A DNA stretch of 45,290 nucleotides from Trueperaceae bacterium (GTDB taxonomy: Bacteria > Deinococcota > Deinococci > Deinococcales > Trueperaceae), in NCBI GenBank assembly GCA_040905465.1, contig JBBDRK010000026.1:1-45290 (forward strand), read 5' to 3'. This document shows, in pieces, positions 9,430 through 18,637 of this stretch (its first letter is position 1; every line of letters starts with the position of its first letter). The translations under genes were made by a program, and so were the position numbers. Below the pieces are notes generated by a model, which saw nothing but the letters and a program-made list of their open reading frames with translations, searched no databases and was not told the DNA's origin.

Positions 9430-10341
9430 GTGGGGCGCCGACGCTCGGCGTGTCGAATCGTGAGGGAAGCCGTGCGTTCTCCCCGAAGGAGCTTCGTAGT
9501 CGGGCGTGTCCGCGTGCGGCTGGACTGGCGTCTCGCTGTCGTCACGATCCTGGTACTCATCGGAGCGGTGGCGATGGTCACGCCGTTCGTCTGGGCCGTC
9601 ACCACCTCGCTGAAGGCTCGGGGCGCGATGCTGATCGTTCCGCCGCAGTTCCTGCCCAGCGAGCCGTCGCTCGACGCCTACTCCACGGTCGTCAACCGTT
9701 TCCCATTCATACGGGTGTTCGGCAACTCGGTGCTGGTTGCCGTCGCGACCACGTTGGGACAGCTGGTGCTGTGCTCGATGGCGGGCTACGCCTTCGCGCG
9801 TTTGAAGTTCTTCGGCCGAGACACCCTCTTCCTGCTCTACCTGGCCACGCTCATGGTCCCGTTCGCGGTGATCGTCACGCCGCTGTTCATAATCGTCACC
9901 AAGCTGGGCTGGACCAACAGCTACATCGGTCTGGTAATCCCGGTGATGTTCAGCGCTTTCGGCACCTTCTTCATGCGGCAGTTCTTCCAGTCGATCCCGC
10001 GGGAGCTCGAGGAGGCGGCTACCATCGACGGCGCCGGCACACTCACCACCTTCTGGCGGATCATCATGCCGATGACCATGCCGGCGCTGGCTACATTGGG
10101 CGTTCTCAGCTTCATGGGCTCCTGGAACAGCTTCCTGTGGCCGCTTCTCATCGTCAATGATCGCGAGCTGATGACGCTTCCAGTGGCGCTCTCTGCTTTG
10201 CAGGGCATCTACCCGGGTCAGACGCAGTGGAACATCGTCATGGCCGGGACAGTGCTCGCCACCATTCCCACGATCGCCGTCTTTCTGTTCGCTCAACGCT
10301 GGGTGATCGAGGGCGTGGCGGGGTCGGGCGTGAAGGGATAG
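9430..10341 (+). CDS. Carbohydrate ABC transporter permease (MalG/UgpE-like); the true start may be GTG 9472
   Basis: Motifs AGYAFAR, EAA loop EEAATIDGA, WNSFLWPL. Confidence 0.92.
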   Translation: MGRRRSACRIVREAVRSPRRSFVVGRVRVRLDWRLAVVTILVLIGAVAMVTPFVWAVTTSLKARGAMLIVPPQFLPSEPSLDAYSTVVNRFPFIRVFGNSVLVAVATTLGQLVLCSMAGYAFARLKFFGRDTLFLLYLATLMVPFAVIVTPLFIIVTKLGWTNSYIGLVIPVMFSAFGTFFMRQFFQSIPRELEEAATIDGAGTLTTFWRIIMPMTMPALATLGVLSFMGSWNSFLWPLLIVNDRELMTLPVALSALQGIYPGQTQWNIVMAGTVLATIPTIAVFLFAQRWVIEGVAGSGVKG

Positions 10342-10344
10342 CCG

Positions 10345-11466
10345 GTGGGATCGACCGGATCATCGCCAGCGCACGATTCGCATATCAGTATCGACGGCAG
10401 GAGCACCGAGATAGACACTCGATTGATAATTGCCAACCAACACGCGTCCGGCGCCTACCCGGCATCGCCCAGTTTCTCGCAGTACCCGCACTCCTGGCTG
10501 CGGGACGGTTCGTTCATCGCCTACTCGATGGATCGCTGTGGCGAACACGCAAGTGCGGCGGCCTTCCATCGTTGGGCGGCGGCAACGGTCCTGTCCAACT
10601 CCGCGGCTACGCGAGATCTCATGGAACGTGCCGCACGGGGCCAGCCCATTCTCGAGCACGAGTTCCTTCCCGCCCGGTTCACCGTAAACGGCGAATGGCA
10701 GCAGGACGGCTGGCCCAACTTCCAGCTCGATGGTTACGGCCACTGGCTGTGGAGCCTGGGCGAGCACCTGCGTTCGAGTGAGGCGGCAAACGCTTCACAG
10801 GAGGTGGGCGAGGCCGCGCGCCTGGTCGGTGAATACCTGACTACTTTCTGGCAGGAGCCGTGCTACGACGCCTGGGAGGAGTACCGCAGCCAACTGCACA
10901 CCTCGACGCTGGCGTCGATCTACGGCGGCCTCGCTTCGATCGGCGAGACGTTGCTGCCCGACCTGCGAGTCGTGTCCGAGCGGGTAAGAGAGGTGATCCT
11001 GGACGAGTGCGTTGCCAACGGCCGTTTCGTCAAGCACATCGGGAACGAAACCGTGGACGCGTCGCTGCTGTGGGTGAGCACACCCTTCGCGGTCGTGCCC
11101 GAGGATCATTCCCTGATGACGGCCACCGTAAAAGAGATCGAGCGGACACTCAGCGTCAGCGGGGGTCTGCGACGCTACGCGGCCGACACTTTCTATGGCG
11201 GTGGCGAGTGGCTGCTGCTCACGGCCTGGTTGGGGTGGCATTACTCGCGTCTCGGCAACCGAGAGCGGGCCAGAGAGTGCCTCGCCTGGGTCGAGTCGCA
11301 CCGTGATCCGGAGGGCTCGCTTCCGGAGCAGGTCAGTGGCGAGGCAAGCAACCAGCGCTTCCTCAACTACTGGACGAAGCGCTGGGGCAGATCGGCCAAG
11401 CCGCTGCTGTGGTCGCACGCCATGGCGCTGGTATTGCTGCTCGAGCTGCAGGCGGATGGCGGTTGA
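10345..11466 (+). CDS. GH15 glycoside hydrolase, isomaltose glucohydrolase-like
   Basis: Motifs SGAYPASP, WLRDG, FQLDGYG, YDAWEE (general acid), DASLLW, RRYAAD and LPEQV (general base); short single-domain GH15. Confidence 0.88.
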   Translation: MGSTGSSPAHDSHISIDGRSTEIDTRLIIANQHASGAYPASPSFSQYPHSWLRDGSFIAYSMDRCGEHASAAAFHRWAAATVLSNSAATRDLMERAARGQPILEHEFLPARFTVNGEWQQDGWPNFQLDGYGHWLWSLGEHLRSSEAANASQEVGEAARLVGEYLTTFWQEPCYDAWEEYRSQLHTSTLASIYGGLASIGETLLPDLRVVSERVREVILDECVANGRFVKHIGNETVDASLLWVSTPFAVVPEDHSLMTATVKEIERTLSVSGGLRRYAADTFYGGGEWLLLTAWLGWHYSRLGNRERARECLAWVESHRDPEGSLPEQVSGEASNQRFLNYWTKRWGRSAKPLLWSHAMALVLLLELQADGG

Positions 11467-11526
11467 GCGGATCTGGCCGAAGCAACCTCCGATGCGAAAG
11501 CCTTGGCCACGTCGGAGGATCACGGT

Positions 11527-13110
11527 TCAGCTCTTCTTGAACTCCCCGTCGACCAGGCGCCAGATCTCGCGGGGATTATCGTCCTTCAGTTCGAGGGGCA
11601 GGGCGGCCTGCGGAAAGTCCTGGTAACAGATCGGGCGAGCGAAGCGGTATACCGCGGCGGTACCGACCGATGTAGATCTCGAATCGGTGGTGGCCGGGTA
11701 GGGCCCGCCGTGTTGAACTGCAGGGCCGACCTCGATTCCGGTCGGGAATCCGTTCAGAAGCAAGCGGCCCACCGTCAGCTCAAGGGCCCGTAACAGTGCT
11801 CGCTGGCTTTCCAGCTCGTCCTCTTCCGCGTGCACTGTCGCCGTGAGGTGGCCGTCGAGCCGTCGCGCGAGCTCGACCATCTGTTCGGAGGAACTACAGG
11901 CAATCATGACGGTGACGGGACCGAATACCTCTTCGGCGAGTTCTCGGCGTTCGAAGAAAGTCGAAGCTTCTGCCTTGAGTATCACCGGCCTGGCTTGGGT
12001 AGCCGACAGGGCACCGGGATCCGATGGGGGCGTCAGTACCTCGACACCGGTCACCGCCTGGAGACGCTCAATACCGCTCCAGAATGACCTGGCAATTCCT
12101 TCGTGAAGCATGACCATGGGTTTGGGATCTTGCGGCTGGTGCTCGAGGTCGGCCGCGAGAAGCTCGATGGTTTCGGTCAGGCCGATAACCAGACCGGGCT
12201 TTGTACAAAACTGTCCTACGCCCAGGGTGAAGGACTCCTGGAGTCCTTTGGCGATCGCTTTTCCTCGCTCGGCTGCGGCCCTCGGAAGGACGAAGACCGG
12301 GTTGACGCTGCCCATCTCTGCGTAGACGGGGATGGGCTCCGGTCGTGCCGCTGCGGCATCGAATAGCGCCCTGCCACCCCCTAGCGAGCCGGTGAACGCG
12401 ACTGCTTTGCTGCCAGGATGGCGCACGAGTCCGAGGCCCGTCTCATTACTGGGGCCGTGGAGCAGGGAAAAGACCCCGTCTGGCATCCCTGTTTCCCTGG
12501 CTGCGTCGACGATCGCCCGGCCCACCATCTCCGAAGTGCCCGGGTGCGCCGGATGAGCCTTGACGATTACCGGGCAGCCGGCCGCGAGTGCGGAGGCGGT
12601 ATCGCCTCCCGCTACCGAGAAGGCCAAGGGGAAATTGCTGGCACCGAAAACAACTACGGGGCCGATCGGAATCAGCATCCTTCGCAGGTCGGGTTTCGGT
12701 GCCGGCGTCCGATCAGGGTTCCCGCGATCGATCCGTGCTTCGACCCAGGAGCCCTCGACTACGAGGTCGGCGAACATTCGTATCTGGTTGGAAGTCCGAG
12801 CTCGCTCGCCCCGAAGTCGATTCGCGCCAAGTCCTGTTTCCAGCGAACCCCTCTCGATCAGCGCCTCACCGAGACCGTCGATGTTTGCGGCGATCGTGTT
12901 CAGGAACGCGGCGCGCTGATCCGCGGCGAGTTCCCGGTACTCGTGGAAGGCGGCGCCGGCGAGCGTTACGGTTCGGTCGATCTCGGCTGGCGTCGCTTCG
13001 TGAAAGCCGGGTTCGAGTGGTCGACTCTCTATCGGGTTCTGAGCTGTGTAGATGTTGGCGCCTTCGGCGCTTCGGCTATAACCGACGAAATTCGAGCCGC
13101 TTAGCTCCAT
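11527..13110 (-). CDS. NADP-dependent aldehyde dehydrogenase, alpha-ketoglutarate semialdehyde dehydrogenase (KGSADH)-like
   Basis: Motifs FGASNFPLAFSVAGGDTASA, VKAHPAHP, FTGS, YAEMGSVNP, GQFCTKPG, EEVFGP and HGGPYPAT. Confidence 0.9.
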   Translation of the reverse strand: MELSGSNFVGYSRSAEGANIYTAQNPIESRPLEPGFHEATPAEIDRTVTLAGAAFHEYRELAADQRAAFLNTIAANIDGLGEALIERGSLETGLGANRLRGERARTSNQIRMFADLVVEGSWVEARIDRGNPDRTPAPKPDLRRMLIPIGPVVVFGASNFPLAFSVAGGDTASALAAGCPVIVKAHPAHPGTSEMVGRAIVDAARETGMPDGVFSLLHGPSNETGLGLVRHPGSKAVAFTGSLGGGRALFDAAAARPEPIPVYAEMGSVNPVFVLPRAAAERGKAIAKGLQESFTLGVGQFCTKPGLVIGLTETIELLAADLEHQPQDPKPMVMLHEGIARSFWSGIERLQAVTGVEVLTPPSDPGALSATQARPVILKAEASTFFERRELAEEVFGPVTVMIACSSSEQMVELARRLDGHLTATVHAEEDELESQRALLRALELTVGRLLLNGFPTGIEVGPAVQHGGPYPATTDSRSTSVGTAAVYRFARPICYQDFPQAALPLELKDDNPREIWRLVDGEFKKS

Positions 13111-13211
13111 ATCGGATCCTTTCTACTGCGTGGACGTGATCGGATGGGTAACCACCTGCCCATCCGCTAGGAGTCTCGATCCACGAAGCGAACCGGGGCC
13201 ACTTCGACACC

Positions 13212-13853
13212 TCAGGCTCGCGATTCCTGAACGGCTCGAACCACCGAACCGGCCACCTCGGTAACGCGGTCGAGCTCATCGCGGAAGCGAGTCAGTTCCC
13301 CCCCCAATCCCAGAGCGGCAGCGCCGGCCTTCAGGAACTCCGAAGCGGTATCGGGTGATACGCCGCCGGTCGGGATGAAGAGCGCATCGCTCAACGGGCC
13401 ACGAAGTGCCTTCAGGTGGGCTGGACCGACGATGTCGCAGGGAAAGAGCTTCAGCAGGCGACAACCGGCGTTCAATGCCGCCTGTGCCTCAGTCGGGGTG
13501 AACACGCCGGGCAGATGCAGGATGTCCGCCTCCTGCGCCAAGCGTACGGTGTCGAGATCGAGGTTGGGAGATACGAGGAACTCCGAGCCGGCCGCCAGTG
13601 CGTTGCTGGCATCTGTCCTGTTGCGTACAGTCCCGGCTCCGACTAGCACATCGCTGCCGAGGTGGGAGCGGAGTGCGGTGATGCCGTCGAGTGCGTCTCG
13701 GGAGTTCAGTGTGAGCTCGAGAGCTCGAATTCCGCCGTTGATGATCGCCTCGGTCAGCTCCAACAGCTCGGATCTCTCGAAGTCACCCCGCAATATCGCG
13801 ATGACACCTGAATCCTGGATCCTGAGGCTTGTCGCTTCACTTCGGCTGGTCAT
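13212..13853 (-). CDS. eda: KDPG/KHG (2-keto-3-deoxy-6-phospho-aldonate) aldolase
   Basis: Motifs IAILRG, LELT, VGAGTV, FLVSP, PGVFTPTE, LKLFP (Schiff-base Lys) and PTGGV. Its start overlaps the sulfatase stop (ATGA). Confidence 0.9.
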   Translation of the reverse strand: MTSRSEATSLRIQDSGVIAILRGDFERSELLELTEAIINGGIRALELTLNSRDALDGITALRSHLGSDVLVGAGTVRNRTDASNALAAGSEFLVSPNLDLDTVRLAQEADILHLPGVFTPTEAQAALNAGCRLLKLFPCDIVGPAHLKALRGPLSDALFIPTGGVSPDTASEFLKAGAAALGLGGELTRFRDELDRVTEVAGSVVRAVQESRA

Positions 13854-15121
13854 GACTCGGCCAAAGCCGGTGAGCCGCCATCGGCGCCTTTTGCCCGAAT
13901 AGCCTCATCCGCCAGGTCCTTACCGACGGGGTCGTTCATCTGCACAGCGAGCGACTTCAATCGCTGGCTCATTTGCAATACGCGGTCATCGTGGCTGGGC
14001 AGATGCGCAAACTGATTATGGACGTCGTTTCTCGGTGTGGTGTACAGGTTCAACTCCTCTTCCGGATCTGAGGTCAGGTCGTATAGTTCGCCGTCTCCAT
14101 CGCTGCTCAAGATCAACTTCCAGTCCTCGGTTCGCAGGCAGCGCTGCTCCTTGTTGGTTATGTTGGTAGCGTTCTCGACGTAATAGTCGTCCCGGCGGTC
14201 GGCAGCTTCGCCAGTCAGGAGAGGAACGAGGCTTCTGCCGTGCAGATAGTCTGGTAAGGGGGTACCGGCCCACTCGAGAAGCGTCGGCATCAGGTCCTCG
14301 AGGCCGACGAGAGCATTCTCGACGTTTGCCGAATTCTGCAGTTCCGGCCAGTTCACGATCAACGGTACTCGAATCGCCTCCTCGTGACAGACGAACTTAT
14401 GAACGCTGTCCCGTCGATAGTTGAACGTCTCCCCGTGGTCCGCGAAGTAAACCACTATCGTATTCTCGCGCATCCCCAGTTCCTCGAGGCCGTCGACTAT
14501 CCGCCCAGTGTAGGCGTCCAATGCGCTTACCGCTCCGTAGTAGCCGGGAAACGGGATAGAGCGTTCCCGGTAGTAATCCATGAACGGCTTGGGCGCCGAA
14601 AATGGGTTGTGTGGAGGGTAATAGCTCTGGACCATCAGGAACGGCTTTTCACTATCGCGCCCGCGCAACCACTCGATACTGGCGTCGGTTTGAGCCTCTG
14701 GGCGGTACACGCCGTCCTGCACGCCTCCTTGCCAATGACCTCCCTGCGAATTGAACCCATCGTAGTGATCGAAGAAGCCGGGATCGGCCTCGCCCAGGTG
14801 CCACTTGCCGAAGTACGAACACTCGTACCCAGCATCACGCAGCAGGTCAAAAACGGTCGTTGTCACCGTAGACTGCTCTAACAAGGCGTTATCGACACCG
14901 TATATGTTTTCGATTACTCCGTGTTGATGGGGAAGCACCCCCGTCCACATCGTTGCCCGTGCGGGCGTGCAAACCGGGTACGGGGTAAACGCTCTGCTGA
15001 AGCGTGTGCCCGAACGGGCCAGTTCGTCCACGTTTGGTGTGGAGGCGAAGGAGCTTCCATAACAGCCGAGGGAATCCCAGCGTTGTTGGTCGGTGAGGAT
15101 CATGACGATATTGGGAGGCAT
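13850..15121 (-). CDS. Cys-type (formylglycine) sulfatase-family hydrolase, cytoplasmic
   Basis: Motifs PNIVMILTDQQR, CTPARA..WTG, FGKWHL, PPHNP, ADHG and IRVPLI; no signal peptide. Confidence 0.9.
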   Translation of the reverse strand: MPPNIVMILTDQQRWDSLGCYGSSFASTPNVDELARSGTRFSRAFTPYPVCTPARATMWTGVLPHQHGVIENIYGVDNALLEQSTVTTTVFDLLRDAGYECSYFGKWHLGEADPGFFDHYDGFNSQGGHWQGGVQDGVYRPEAQTDASIEWLRGRDSEKPFLMVQSYYPPHNPFSAPKPFMDYYRERSIPFPGYYGAVSALDAYTGRIVDGLEELGMRENTIVVYFADHGETFNYRRDSVHKFVCHEEAIRVPLIVNWPELQNSANVENALVGLEDLMPTLLEWAGTPLPDYLHGRSLVPLLTGEAADRRDDYYVENATNITNKEQRCLRTEDWKLILSSDGDGELYDLTSDPEEELNLYTTPRNDVHNQFAHLPSHDDRVLQMSQRLKSLAVQMNDPVGKDLADEAIRAKGADGGSPALAES

Positions 15122-15131
15122 GGTTTCCTTT

Positions 15132-16079
15132 CTACTTGCCGCGCAGCCGGATTCTGGGATCGATCACGCCATAGAGCATGTCGGTGAGGAGATTGGTGAA
15201 AATGACGATGAACATGAAGAGAGCGAGCGTGCCCTGGATAACCGGGAAATCACGGCTGCGAATTGCGGTGAGCATCAACGAACCGATTCCTGGCCACGTA
15301 AAGATGCTCTCTATGATTATGCTTCCCGCGAGCAGCCTGCCGAACTGGACTCCCAATACGGTGAGCATGGGGATCAGCGAGTTTCTGAGGGCATGACGGA
15401 AGATCACTACGCGGGGACGAAGGCCCTTGCTTCGGGCCGTTCGCACAAAATCCTGAGGCAATACTTCGAGCATGCTCGCCCGTACGAAGCGAATGAGATT
15501 GGCTGACAGGGCGATTGCCAGGGTCAAGGACGGAAGGATCAGAAACCTCACTGCTTGGAACGGGTCTTCCTGGAAGGACACCCTGCCGCCCGCGGGCAAC
15601 AGGTGGAACAAGAGTCCGAACAGGAGTACCAGGAGAATACCGATCCAGAAGTTCGGAACGGCGATTCCGAAGGTGGTTCCGACAGTAATCAACTTGTCGA
15701 CAAGTTTCCCGCGGTGGATTGCCGCCAGGGCGCCGAGGGGTATGGCTATCAGTACTGACAGAGTCATGGCGGTGAGTGCCAGCTCGATCGTCGCCGGAAG
15801 GCGCTGAGAGATCAGGAGAGATACCGGAGCACCGGAAAGGAAGGACTTCCCCATGTCGCCGCGGACGAGGTCGCCCAGCCAGGTCACGTATTGAATGACG
15901 AGCGGTTGGTCGAGCCGGAGTTCACGCTTTATGGCGGCAACGACGCTGTCCGGTGCGTCCTCACCGGCAAGCATCAGCGCAGGGTCGCCGGGCGCCGCGT
16001 GGAGGATCAGGAAGATAGGGATGGACGCCAATATGATGACCGGAATCGCCTGTACCAGCCTTCGGAGAATGAAAGTCAT
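15132..16079 (-). CDS. Dpp/Opp-family ABC permease (DppB-like)
   Basis: MTFILRRL N-terminus, PGDPA, EAA loop DFVRTARSKGL, RDFPVIQG, DPRIR. Start refined to ATG 16079. Confidence 0.92.
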   Translation of the reverse strand: MTFILRRLVQAIPVIILASIPIFLILHAAPGDPALMLAGEDAPDSVVAAIKRELRLDQPLVIQYVTWLGDLVRGDMGKSFLSGAPVSLLISQRLPATIELALTAMTLSVLIAIPLGALAAIHRGKLVDKLITVGTTFGIAVPNFWIGILLVLLFGLLFHLLPAGGRVSFQEDPFQAVRFLILPSLTLAIALSANLIRFVRASMLEVLPQDFVRTARSKGLRPRVVIFRHALRNSLIPMLTVLGVQFGRLLAGSIIIESIFTWPGIGSLMLTAIRSRDFPVIQGTLALFMFIVIFTNLLTDMLYGVIDPRIRLRGK

Positions 16080-16086
16080 CGGCTCG

Positions 16087-16977
16087 TTACCCGCGCTTTC
16101 TTGGATCGGTGGCGTCACGCAATGCGTCGGCGAAGAAGCTTATCGCCAGGAGCAGAAGGGACAGCGACGCTCCAGGAACAACGGCAAGCCAGGGAGCGTC
16201 CCGCATATAAGAGCGCGCGTTCTGGAGCATCACGCCCAGGGATGGTTCGGGCGGTTGTGCGCCGAGGCCAAGGAAGCTCAGTCCCGCCTCCAAGATCATC
16301 GAGTGGGCGATCGTCAGCGTGAGCTGGACCAGAATTGCGGGCGTAATGTTCGGCAGGAGGTGCTTGAGCAGGACCCGACCGTCGCCTGCGCCAAGAGCTA
16401 CGGCGGCCTGCGAATATTCGCGGTCCTTCTCGCCGATAATTCCGGCTCTGGTGATTCGAGCTATTATTGGGATGTTGATGATAGCGGCGGCTATGGCCGC
16501 GTTCAGGGCACTAGGGCCGAGAATTACGGCGACGGTAAGTCCCACGATAAGTGCAGGAAAAGCCAGGAGGGTGTCGAGAAGCCGACCTAAGATGTCGTCG
16601 AGCCAGCCCTCGTAGTATCCGGCCGCCAGCCCGATGCTCAGTCCCAATATGCCGCCGATCGTCGCTGCGACCAGCCCGATGGTAAGAGAAAGGCGCATGC
16701 CGAACAGGGTGCGACTCAAGAGATCTCTGCCGAGCGCGTCGGTGCCGAGCCAGTGCTGGAAAGAGGGCCCCAGGAGCTCGTCACCGTAGACTTGCTTGGT
16801 TGGATCGTATGGAGTGAGCAACGGTGCGAGGAAGGCAACGAGAATCAGGATAAGCAGAGTGATCCCCGGCAGCAGAAAATCCCTGTTTCGGATCAGGAGT
16901 CGTCTGAGTCGTTGGCTCCCGCTGCGCCGGGTACCCTCGGCCTTCTTCTCGGTCTTCACGCTGAGGATCTTCATCAC
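16087..16977 (-). CDS. Dpp/Opp-family ABC permease (DppC-like)
   Basis: Motifs HWLGTDALGRD, AVALGA, HLLPN, EAGLSFLGLG and DALRDATDP. Confidence 0.92.
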   Translation of the reverse strand: MMKILSVKTEKKAEGTRRSGSQRLRRLLIRNRDFLLPGITLLILILVAFLAPLLTPYDPTKQVYGDELLGPSFQHWLGTDALGRDLLSRTLFGMRLSLTIGLVAATIGGILGLSIGLAAGYYEGWLDDILGRLLDTLLAFPALIVGLTVAVILGPSALNAAIAAAIINIPIIARITRAGIIGEKDREYSQAAVALGAGDGRVLLKHLLPNITPAILVQLTLTIAHSMILEAGLSFLGLGAQPPEPSLGVMLQNARSYMRDAPWLAVVPGASLSLLLLAISFFADALRDATDPRKRG

Positions 16978-16993
16978 TCCCTAAAGGTGAGGT

Positions 16994-17020
16994 TGTGCGG
17001 GGGCAAGGAGCCCCCGCACA
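16994..17020. terminator. GC-rich stem-loop just 3' of the binding-protein gene (attenuating or mRNA-stabilising hairpin)
   Basis: TGTGCGGGGGC-aagga-GCCCCCGCACA, a perfect 11-bp stem. Confidence 0.6.
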
Positions 17021-17029
17021 CGGAGATCT

Positions 17030-18559
17030 CTACTGCTCGAGCCACGTCCGCTCGAGCAGCGGACTTCCCTCACCGCTGAACTTCAGATCATGGAGGTCGG
17101 CGCGCGCCGCCCAGGCGTGGTCACGGCTGGCTATGTTGAGGACGAAGGCATCCTCCACGATAATCCGTGCGAGTTCCTGGTACGCCTTCTTGCGCTCAGA
17201 AGCGTCCAGAGTGGTGGCGCCGATTTCGATCAGCTCGGCGTACCGTTCGCTTTCGTACTGTGACGGGTTTTTCAGCTTGTAGTTGCTCACGGTGCCGAAC
17301 AGGGAAGCGGGATCCTTGTTGGCACGCCCGAAGTTGTGTATCTGCATCTGGAAGTCGCTTTCACGCCGCCGCTGAACGTACGCCGCGGACTCCAGATCCT
17401 GGATGGTTGCCCTGATGCCGATATTTGCGAGATCGCTCTGGAGAAGCTCGGCGAACCTGGTCCAGTCGCCGGAACGCTGGCTGGAGGTCAGTACCGTAAG
17501 TTCGAAGCCATCCTCATATCCCGCCTCTGCCAACATCTGTTGGGCGAGCTCCGGATCGTAGTCGCAGTCATCCGCGAGCTCCGGTACGAAACCGATGGAG
17601 CTTTGGCCCCAGGGCTGGCAGCGGGGAGTGCTGCCTTCCAGGATGAGCCGTACCAGGCGGTCTCTATTTATCGCCTTGTTGATGGCCTGTCTCACCTTCG
17701 GATCCTGGAGGGGTTCACGCTGAGTGTTCATGACTACCGCAAGGATCACAGCTCCGTCGGTAGTGTGTCCGGTTTCGATGTTTCGCTGCCGATCCAGTCT
17801 GTCCAACTCACGAGCGGGGAAATTGATGATCAGGTCCAGGGCTCCCGTTTCCAGATTGAGTGCCATTGCCTGGGAATCGCTCACCACCGTCATCGTGATG
17901 CGGTCGAGATAGGGGAGGCCATCGGCCCAGTAATCGTCGAATCTCTCGAACGTGTAGCGGGAGCCTGCAAGGGCGTCGCTGAGACGAAATGGCCCGGTTC
18001 CCGCTGGAGTGTTCCGGATATCCTCCCACTGCTCGCGGTCCACTATGTAAAGCAGGTCGAGGAGATCGAACACGGCTGGATTCGGTTCACTGAACTCGAG
18101 GCGGACGGTGTATTGATCGACGGTGACAGCCTGCTGGATCGACGCCGCAAGTGGTTTGAGGTTCGCATAAACGTCAGGATCGAGGGCAGTCTCGAGGCTG
18201 AACACCACATCCTCGGCAGTCATTTCTCGTCCCGAGTGAAATTTCACGCCTTGGCGAAGCTTCAGTTCGATCGAAAGCCCGTCTTCACTCAGTGTCCATG
18301 ATTCAGCGAGTTCAGGCTGTGGCTCCAGGTCAGCGTCGTAACGGACGAGTACGTTGTAAAGAAGGCCGGTTACTCGCAATGGCGGTCCTAAGTCCCAGGG
18401 GTTGTACGAGGTGGGAGCTTCCGTTATGCCTACACGAATGCTCCCGCCTTCCTGCGGTTGTCCCTGTGCACCGGATAGGCCGAAGATCAGAGCGATGAAC
18501 GCCGTAACTGCCAAAGTGCGGAATCGTGTCGTCGGTTCGATCAAGTCGGTCACTTGCAT
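17030..18559 (-). CDS. ABC transporter substrate-binding protein, family 5 (DppA/OppA-like)
   Basis: Signal peptide; motifs PELAESW, LRQGVKFHSG, GTGPF, VRQAINKAINR and YDPELAQQML; RBS AGGAGG. Confidence 0.92.
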   Translation of the reverse strand: MQVTDLIEPTTRFRTLAVTAFIALIFGLSGAQGQPQEGGSIRVGITEAPTSYNPWDLGPPLRVTGLLYNVLVRYDADLEPQPELAESWTLSEDGLSIELKLRQGVKFHSGREMTAEDVVFSLETALDPDVYANLKPLAASIQQAVTVDQYTVRLEFSEPNPAVFDLLDLLYIVDREQWEDIRNTPAGTGPFRLSDALAGSRYTFERFDDYWADGLPYLDRITMTVVSDSQAMALNLETGALDLIINFPARELDRLDRQRNIETGHTTDGAVILAVVMNTQREPLQDPKVRQAINKAINRDRLVRLILEGSTPRCQPWGQSSIGFVPELADDCDYDPELAQQMLAEAGYEDGFELTVLTSSQRSGDWTRFAELLQSDLANIGIRATIQDLESAAYVQRRRESDFQMQIHNFGRANKDPASLFGTVSNYKLKNPSQYESERYAELIEIGATTLDASERKKAYQELARIIVEDAFVLNIASRDHAWAARADLHDLKFSGEGSPLLERTWLEQ

Positions 18560-18637
18560 GTAGTCCTCCTGAAATGAGACTCGCGGTGTCGGACTAACTG
18601 CCCAATTTCAACGTCGCATCGTTACCTCCAGGCTCCG

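Noticed and set aside
9366-10160. 264-aa plus-strand ORF starting right after the first permease
   Set aside because: An Arg/Ala-rich off-frame translation overlapping the real permease, whose own frame is intact.
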